NCBI GenBank assembly: GCA_049424145.1
Contig: JBMSSC010000087.1
Coordinates: forward strand, 1 to 12,017
Length of the DNA stretch: 12,017 nucleotides
Direction: 5' to 3'
Source of the DNA: Bdellovibrionia bacterium
GTDB lineage: Bacteria; Bdellovibrionota; UBA1018
Shown: positions 6,916 through 12,017 of the stretch, one piece after another
How positions within the stretch are numbered: position 1 is the stretch's first letter
How the letters are laid out: each line of letters begins with the position of its first letter
Translations under genes and position numbers: made by a program
Notes under the pieces: generated by a model
Seen by the model: only the letters and a program-made list of their open reading frames with translations
Told to the model about the DNA's origin: nothing
The model's database searches: none

Positions 6916-7302
6916 CTAAAGCTTCTGATCAAGGATTTTTCCGCAAAACTTCAGTTCCGAGGATTTTCCACCGCGCAGTTTAATGAACTCTTCGCCTGAG
7001 AATTGCCTTAGGGTCTTGCCGTTTGAGTCCTTTAAAATCACGCGTAACCCCAGGGAATGGGTTTCTAGATGAACGCTCAGTCCATGGGCCTGGGCTTGGC
7101 TATCGGACTGAAAGTCTTCGAGGGCTTGCTCCAGTTGTTGCGGTGAAAAGGACTCGTCTGAGGGGGACTCTTCAAACGGGGGTTTTCGATCCTTTTTACC
7201 GTGTTCTTGAGAAAACGATCGATCCGAAGAGGGGGAATCCTCTTTTCGGTCCCTCACCCCGCGGGGATATCCAAATGCTGTGGTTAGAGGTTGAATTTTC
7301 AT
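6916..7302 (-). CDS. flaG: FlaG-family flagellar protein, 128 aa
   Basis: Disordered N-terminus, then QLEQALEDF...GLSVHLE...LRVILKDSNGKTLRQFSGEEFIKL...GKILDQKL, matching the FlaG pattern (V.VVD..TGEVIRQIP.EE.L...G.L.D...). Lies directly downstream of a flagellin. Confidence 0.78.
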   Translation of the reverse strand: MKIQPLTTAFGYPRGVRDRKEDSPSSDRSFSQEHGKKDRKPPFEESPSDESFSPQQLEQALEDFQSDSQAQAHGLSVHLETHSLGLRVILKDSNGKTLRQFSGEEFIKLRGGKSSELKFCGKILDQKL

Positions 7303-7321
7303 TCGTCGAGCCTCATCTCAC

Positions 7322-7348
7322 GTGTCGGAAGAATTTTCCTGGGATTTA
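7322..7348 (-). promoter_or_regulatory. sigma28-type promoter for flaG(-lpxH)
   Basis: Minus strand TAAA-N15-TCCGACAC, just after the flagellin terminator and 19 nt upstream of the flaG ATG. Confidence 0.62.
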
Positions 7349-7351
7349 AAT

Positions 7352-7388
7352 GAAAAAAATCCCCGGAAGCTCGGTCACTTCCGGGGAT
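7352..7388 (-). terminator. Rho-independent terminator of the second flagellin gene
   Basis: Perfect 11-bp inverted repeat atccccggaag (7359-7369) / cttccggggat (7378-7388), followed on the minus strand by a T run. Confidence 0.88.
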
Positions 7389-7399
7389 GGGCTTAGAGA

Positions 7400-7437
7400 G
7401 GTTCTTTCTTCTCCCGAGATGGGGATTGGAAAGAACC
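7400..7437 (-). other. Additional stem-loop in the flagellin 3' UTR
   Basis: ggttctttc (7400-7408) / gaaagaacc (7429-7437) with an inner tccc/ggga stem. Confidence 0.5.
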
Positions 7438-7486
7438 AGGGCGCACTGGGAGAAGATAAAAACCCAAAGTCCAATGGCAGGATCAA

Positions 7487-8314
7487 TTAGAGCAGCTTGA
7501 GGGCCTGGGCAGGAGCTTGGTTTGCCTGCGCAAGAACCGCGATTCCGGCTTGCTGCAGGATGTTCGACTTGACGAGCTCATAGGTTTCTTGGGCCAGATC
7601 CGTATCCATGATGTTGGAGCGCGCTTGGGTGTACTGTTCTGTGATGTTTTGAATGGTTCGGTTCTCCGATAGGAGTCGGTTTTGGATGGCACCTAACGTG
7701 GCTCGCGTGCTTAAGACCTTACCAAAGGCCTCATCAATGACTCCCAGGGAGTCCTCTGCCCCACTTAAGGAGTTGAGGTTGATTCCGTCCACCCCGAGAG
7801 TTCTGGACCTGACATCGGCCAAGCGAGTATCAAACTGAAGACGATCGTTTTCTGAGTTTTCCGTGCCAACTTGGAACGTCAGGTTGTCGACCGAGCCGTT
7901 GAGCAGATGAATGCCGTTAAATGTGGTGGACTCGGCAATGTGATTGAATCCTTGGATAATGCTTTCGGCTTCCAGTTGGAGGGAGGCGCGTTCGTTTTCT
8001 CCCACCGTATCGGAGGCGGCTTGAATTCCTAACTCCCTGAGTCGGATCAACCCATTACTGAGTTCAGTCATGGCTCCCTCGGCTACTTGAGCAAAGGAGG
8101 CAGCGTCCATGGTGTTTCTCTCAGCTTGTTTGAGGGAGCGGATTTGTTTTCTCAACCGTTCGGCAATGGAGAGGCCTGCGGGGTCTTCTGCTGCACTGGT
8201 GATGCGCTCCCCTGAGGCAATGCGTTGAAAGCTCGTCTTTTGTTCCGACATGGATCGCGATAGCGAGTGGACGATGGAAAGTGAACTGAGATTGTTATTA
8301 ATGACTAAGCCCAT
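7487..8314 (-). CDS. fliC: Flagellin (short, D0/D1 only, divergent), 275 aa
   Basis: True start is ATG 8314 (MGLVINNN) after RBS AAGGAG. Motifs IASGERITSAAEDPAGLSIA, QVAEGAM, FNGIHLL, RATLGAIQNRL, ILQQAGIAVLAQAN. Confidence 0.95.
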   Translation of the reverse strand: MGLVINNNLSSLSIVHSLSRSMSEQKTSFQRIASGERITSAAEDPAGLSIAERLRKQIRSLKQAERNTMDAASFAQVAEGAMTELSNGLIRLRELGIQAASDTVGENERASLQLEAESIIQGFNHIAESTTFNGIHLLNGSVDNLTFQVGTENSENDRLQFDTRLADVRSRTLGVDGINLNSLSGAEDSLGVIDEAFGKVLSTRATLGAIQNRLLSENRTIQNITEQYTQARSNIMDTDLAQETYELVKSNILQQAGIAVLAQANQAPAQALKLL

Positions 8315-8373
8315 AAAAAAACTCCTTCTCCAGCAACCGAGAATTGGTTTTTTACGTCTGTCTCTGTTCAAGA

Positions 8374-8413
8374 CATGGCCCGTGCCCCTTCGTTTGGAGG
8401 GGGCACTTCCATG
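8374..8413 (-). promoter_or_regulatory. GC-rich stem-loop in the ~180-nt 5' leader of the second flagellin
   Basis: gtgcccc (8382-8388) / ggggcac (8400-8406), extended by catgg (8374-8378) / ccatg (8409-8413). The mRNA carries CAUGGAAG at the stem base. Confidence 0.55.
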
Positions 8414-8498
8414 GATTCCGCTCGTGTAACAGCAAGATACAGCAAGCAGACGCAAGTCAACTGAGCCTCAGGGGGATTCCCTTGCGCTCTTATGACTC

Positions 8499-8525
8499 GT
8501 ATCGGCACGCTGCGTCAAAACTTGA
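8499..8525 (-). promoter_or_regulatory. sigma28 (FliA) promoter of the second flagellin
   Basis: Minus strand TCAA-N15-GCCGATAC (TCAAGTTT-N11-GCCGATAC), near consensus. Confidence 0.85.
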
Positions 8526-8596
8526 GTAAAAAATACAACTATTAAGATCTGAAGCTTCAAAGTGGGCTAGCTTCCGAGAATCTCAGGACATTTTCG

Positions 8597-8633
8597 AAAA
8601 CCCTGGGGAGAGCCCAAGAGGACCCTCCCCAGG
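8597..8633 (-). terminator. Probable intrinsic terminator of the first flagellin
   Basis: cctggggag (8602-8610) / ctccccagg (8625-8633), extendable with G-U pairs on the minus strand and followed by GTTTT. It begins 21 nt after the stop codon. Confidence 0.7.
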
Positions 8634-8654
8634 TGGTGTTCGAAGAACTGCAGA

Positions 8655-9488
8655 TTAGCTAATGAGCTTGAGAGCTAACATGTTGCTTTGATTGGCTTGA
8701 CTGAGGACTGACGTTCCTGCTTGGGCCAGGATGTTATTTTTTGCTAAATCAGCGGCCTCTTGAGCCATATCCGCATCTCGGATGCGGCTATTTGCACTGG
8801 AGAGGTTTTCGTCATAGACCCTCAAGGTGTTGACGGCCGATTGGAGTCGGGTTTGTAAGGACCCCAGTTCTGCACGGTTTTCAATGAGGGTATTGACGGA
8901 TCCATCAATCGTCGAGAGGGCTTCCCGAGCTCCCTCTTTGGTTGCAACGGAGAGGCCCGTTAAACCCAGTTTGCCCAGCGATACATCGGTCTTGTTCGTA
9001 TCAATGGCAAATCGATCTTCATCCGGATTATTGTGAGTTCCGATTTGGACATCAATGTTATTGCCATTTCCAGACAATAACTTCATGCCGTTGTACTCGG
9101 TGGAGGTCGAAATTCTCACAATTTCTTGTTTCAATTGTGTGATTTCCTTATCAATGAAGCCTCTTTCCGTATCTCCGATGGTGTCGGAAGCCGACTGAAT
9201 GGCGAGTTCCCGGAATCGAACTAAGATGTTGCTGATCTCGTTCATTCCCCCTTCGGCCGTTTGGATCATAGAAACGCCGTCGCTTGCGTTTTTGATGTCC
9301 TGGCGGATCGAGCGAATCTGGCCTTTCATTTTCTCCGAGATCGCAAGGCCTGCCGCATCGTCTGCGGACTTATTGATTCGAGAGCCCGAAGCAATGTGTT
9401 CTAAAGTCTCTTTTTGAGCGGCAGTGCTTGCGTTTAAGAAGCGCTGCGCAACGAGTGATTGTACGTTCGTACTAATGACGATACCCAT
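8655..9488 (-). CDS. fliC: Flagellin (short, D0/D1 only), 277 aa
   Basis: Canonical motifs IASGSRINKSADDAAGLAISE, IQTAEGGM, RAELGSLQTRL, SRIRDADMAQE, ILAQAGTSVLSQAN. RBS GGAGGAG. Confidence 0.97.
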   Translation of the reverse strand: MGIVISTNVQSLVAQRFLNASTAAQKETLEHIASGSRINKSADDAAGLAISEKMKGQIRSIRQDIKNASDGVSMIQTAEGGMNEISNILVRFRELAIQSASDTIGDTERGFIDKEITQLKQEIVRISTSTEYNGMKLLSGNGNNIDVQIGTHNNPDEDRFAIDTNKTDVSLGKLGLTGLSVATKEGAREALSTIDGSVNTLIENRAELGSLQTRLQSAVNTLRVYDENLSSANSRIRDADMAQEAADLAKNNILAQAGTSVLSQANQSNMLALKLIS

Positions 9489-9646
9489 AACTCCTCCAAA
9501 TATCCTCCTTGCCCTAAAAAGTCTTAGGACAAAGCAGTCCCAGGCCTTCTAGACCAGGTGGTCTCATGTTTTACTGTGCAAGGATTTGCTGTACCCTTGC
9601 TTGGCTTAACCTTCGGATGAACCCATTTCATCTGAGGGTTGTTACG
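9489..9646 (-). promoter_or_regulatory. Structured ~158-nt flagellin 5' leader with tandem GGA motifs (candidate CsrA sites)
   Basis: Hairpins at 9608-9640, 9578-9600, 9551-9564 and 9509-9532, then AAGGAGGA and TTGGAGGAG just before the ATG. Confidence 0.55.
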
Positions 9647-9652
9647 TTGATT

Positions 9653-9680
9653 AAATCGGTCAGGTAATAAAAATACTTTA
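9653..9680 (-). promoter_or_regulatory. sigma28 (FliA/SigD) promoter of the first flagellin
   Basis: Minus strand TAAA-N16-ACCGATTT with an A-rich tract upstream. Confidence 0.7.
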
Positions 9681-9770
9681 GACTTTTTTAGTCGGGTATT
9701 AAAGAAGGGTTGAAGAGGAGTTTAGGTTCGCTTCCCACGGCGACTGAAAGCAGCGTGAACGTGTGAAAAA

Positions 9771-10697
9771 CTATCGAGAAATCAGATTCGCAGCCGAATA
9801 GGGATCGATCTGTTTTTTCAAAAGTTGGTCTAAAACTTCTTGCCCCGAAGGGGTTTGAAAAGCCTCAATAACTGACTGATTCAGTCTTTCTGTGAGGATG
9901 TCCAGGACCTCGCTTTTGATCCATTCCCGGGCTTGAAGGAGCCGTTTGCCGCTTTGCGTTAAGTAGGTTTGATGAGACTGAATGCTTTGAGCCAAGGCCT
10001 CAATGCCCCCGTTTTTCACCGCCTCGGTCTTTAAAACGGGAATCATCCAGCTGGTTTCATCATGAGGAGCCAGTCCAATCATGTTGATGAGTTCTTTCAA
10101 CAGAGCATCGGCACCACTGCGGTCACTTTTATTGATCACAAAGAGGTCTGCAATCTCCATGAGCCCAGCCTTCATCACCTGAATGGAGTCCCCACTTTCG
10201 GGAACAAGCACAACAATAATACTCTGCGCAAGCTTCAGGATGTCGAGCTCCGTTTGTCCCACCCCGGCTGTTTCCACTAAGATCACGTCAAATCCTGCGG
10301 CATCTAAGATGAGCACCACTTCCTTAGTTGCATGGGAGAGTCCCCCATGTTTTCCCCGAGTGCCGAGTGATCGAATGTACACGCCTGGATCCCCCGAGTG
10401 CTGCTGCATTCGGATTCGATCTCCCAGCACGGCTCCCCCTGAAAACGGACTGGAGGGGTCAACGGCCACGATGGCTACTTTTTTTCCTTCTTTCCTGAGT
10501 TGGGCCGTGAGGCGATCCACGAGGGTGGATTTTCCGGCACCGGGGGGACCGGTGATGCCCCAGACCTGAGCCTTGCCGGTTCGGGGATAAAGAGAAGCTA
10601 AGAGCTCAGGAATATCGGAGTCTCGGTTCTCCACTTTCGAGATCAGGCGGGCAAGGGCTAATTTTTGACCGGCAAGCAGATCTTGGACTAAGTTCAT
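9771..10697 (-). CDS. meaB: Methylmalonyl-CoA mutase-associated GTPase MeaB/ArgK, 308 aa
   Basis: GITGPPGAGKST (P-loop), AVDPSSPFSGGAVLGDRIRM, ETAGVGQ, MKAGLMEIAD, NKSD. Start ATG 10697 (MNLVQDLL) avoids overlap with the divergent gene. Confidence 0.95.
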   Translation of the reverse strand: MNLVQDLLAGQKLALARLISKVENRDSDIPELLASLYPRTGKAQVWGITGPPGAGKSTLVDRLTAQLRKEGKKVAIVAVDPSSPFSGGAVLGDRIRMQQHSGDPGVYIRSLGTRGKHGGLSHATKEVVLILDAAGFDVILVETAGVGQTELDILKLAQSIIVVLVPESGDSIQVMKAGLMEIADLFVINKSDRSGADALLKELINMIGLAPHDETSWMIPVLKTEAVKNGGIEALAQSIQSHQTYLTQSGKRLLQAREWIKSEVLDILTERLNQSVIEAFQTPSGQEVLDQLLKKQIDPYSAANLISR

Positions 10698-10733
10698 CCT
10701 TGATCCATCCCAAGAAAATGCCGATATTGCAAC

Positions 10734-11999
10734 ATGGAACCCCAATCTCTCGGAGTCAAAGAGTCCCTGTGTGCTTTAGCCATTCTCCACTGCCTTCCTC
10801 TGGTTTTATTTGCTTTATGGGAGGATCACTTCAGGGGTTCACTCCAAGAACTCAGGCAAGCGCAGGAGAAAGTCGAAGTCGACCGGGAACGTGATCAGAT
10901 CAAGTTTGTCAGCTTCTTAGTCCTCCTCACTCAGCTTCTTTTGTTCTTGGGCTCCTTTGATTTACAAGCCGCCCATCCCTCGGGGGCTTTGGGGATTTTC
11001 GTCCTCGCTCTTTTGGGCCAGTTTTTCATTCAATCTCAAGCCGAGGCTCACTTGCAGTCCCCAGAGATTTCTGCAAAGGAGGGGGGGATGCTTTTATGGA
11101 AGGCCTTCCTTTTTTGGCTCTTGGGAGTGGGGGTGAACCTGGCGTGCTTGGTGGGCTCAACGGGTCTGACTTTGGTTTTACTTCAGCTGCTTCAACCGAA
11201 GCTGGCCCTAGGGCTTCTGGCGTTGATCGTCTCAGCAATTTCTGGGGTTCTCTTTGGGATTCATCTCAACTTTTTATTCTCTCCTTTTTACTTAAAGAAC
11301 CTATTCCCCATCCAACCGTTGGAGGATTTGAGATTAAGGCGCTTGCTTTCTGAGTGCTTCACTCGATTTCAGCTTCCAGTGCCTGATCTTCTCGTGGTTC
11401 ATCTGAAGACTCGAACCTTGAGCCAAAATATCTTAGCAGGATCCCCCTACCGCAAGCACAGGCTGAAGGCTGCCTACTTGATCTCCCATCAGGTCTTAAG
11501 CCTACTTTCTGAAAAGGAGCTTTTGGCTCTGGTTCTCAACCAGGTGAGTTATTTCGTTCTCAATCAAGCGGGGAAAAGAAATCGACTCCTGGGGGGGCTG
11601 GTCTTATTGACGGCTGGGCTTGGGACGGCGGCTATTTTTCTGGGAAACCGGTGGTTTCAAAAAGAGGGATTCACGGAGCTTTTTGGGGTGATGGTTTCCT
11701 TGAGTTTACTCACCCTCTCCTATCGCTTTTTGTCTCGTCAGATTCAAAAGCAGGAGCTTGAGCGAGATTCCTATACGATTTTAACGATGGGGGTTTCGTA
11801 TTCAGATTTCTCTACGGCACTAAGAAAGCTCGATTCCCTCCAGGCGGAGTTTCAACTTCTCACTCAATCAGGTGAGGGGAAACATCCGTTGGCTCAGGGG
11901 CTGCCTGAGACTGAAAAAAGACTGGAGGCTTTAAAGAAAGCCATTCCCTTGGAACCCTCTTCGTCCTCGCAAGAAAGCTCGTTTTCTCAAGCCGCTTAG
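10734..11999 (+). CDS. Polytopic membrane protein, M48 (HtpX/Ste24) peptidase homolog lacking zinc ligands
   Basis: About 7 hydrophobic segments. M48 scaffold PLEDLRLRRLL..F...P, LSEKELLALVLNQVSY (expected HELGH), QELERD (E.EAD), ALRKL, LPETEKRL (expected HP....RI). Confidence 0.75.
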   Translation: MEPQSLGVKESLCALAILHCLPLVLFALWEDHFRGSLQELRQAQEKVEVDRERDQIKFVSFLVLLTQLLLFLGSFDLQAAHPSGALGIFVLALLGQFFIQSQAEAHLQSPEISAKEGGMLLWKAFLFWLLGVGVNLACLVGSTGLTLVLLQLLQPKLALGLLALIVSAISGVLFGIHLNFLFSPFYLKNLFPIQPLEDLRLRRLLSECFTRFQLPVPDLLVVHLKTRTLSQNILAGSPYRKHRLKAAYLISHQVLSLLSEKELLALVLNQVSYFVLNQAGKRNRLLGGLVLLTAGLGTAAIFLGNRWFQKEGFTELFGVMVSLSLLTLSYRFLSRQIQKQELERDSYTILTMGVSYSDFSTALRKLDSLQAEFQLLTQSGEGKHPLAQGLPETEKRLEALKKAIPLEPSSSSQESSFSQAA

Positions 12000-12017
12000 A
12001 GTTAGAGGGGCTTTGCA

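Noticed and set aside
8315..8455. 47-aa N-terminal extension of the second flagellin in the ORF track
   Set aside because: Flagellin homology starts at MGLVINNN (8314) with a good RBS. The extension is the 5' leader downstream of the sigma28 promoter.
8315..9650. c-di-GMP or other known riboswitch in the flagellin leaders
   Set aside because: I could not find the c-di-GMP-I GCAAA/GNRA-tetraloop/receptor arrangement by eye. An Rfam scan would be needed to exclude it fully.
10698..10745. 16-aa N-terminal extension of MeaB
   Set aside because: It would overlap the divergent gene head-to-head. ATG 10697 gives a typical MeaB N-terminus.
5942..11353. Remaining small ORFs overlapping lpxH, flaG, flagellins, meaB and the M48-like gene
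   Set aside because: Shadow ORFs of recognisable genes with no independent support.

Overview
Motility-related locus, probably from a Bdellovibrionota-like bacterium (inferred from the short 275-277 aa flagellins and protein style; not proven). The left 4.8 kb is a translationally coupled minus-strand operon. In order it encodes a secreted protein with a FlgO/CsgG-like domain plus a C-terminal beta-barrel, a TPR lipoprotein, a 750-aa protein that reads as a natural single-chain FliF-FliG fusion (two RBM3-like modules, a TM helix, a FliF-C helix, FliG N/M/C), a stand-alone cNMP-binding protein, and the start of a motA/pomA-type stator gene (absent from the ORF track, truncated by the window edge). 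This suggests a self-contained, switch-less, cyclic-nucleotide-controlled envelope-spanning rotary module. The rest holds a divergent lipoprotein, an lpxH-like phosphoesterase, flaG, two flagellins each with a sigma28-type promoter, long structured leader and terminator, meaB, and an M48 peptidase homolog that has lost its HEXXH motif. All family assignments come from by-eye motif recognition; no searches were run.
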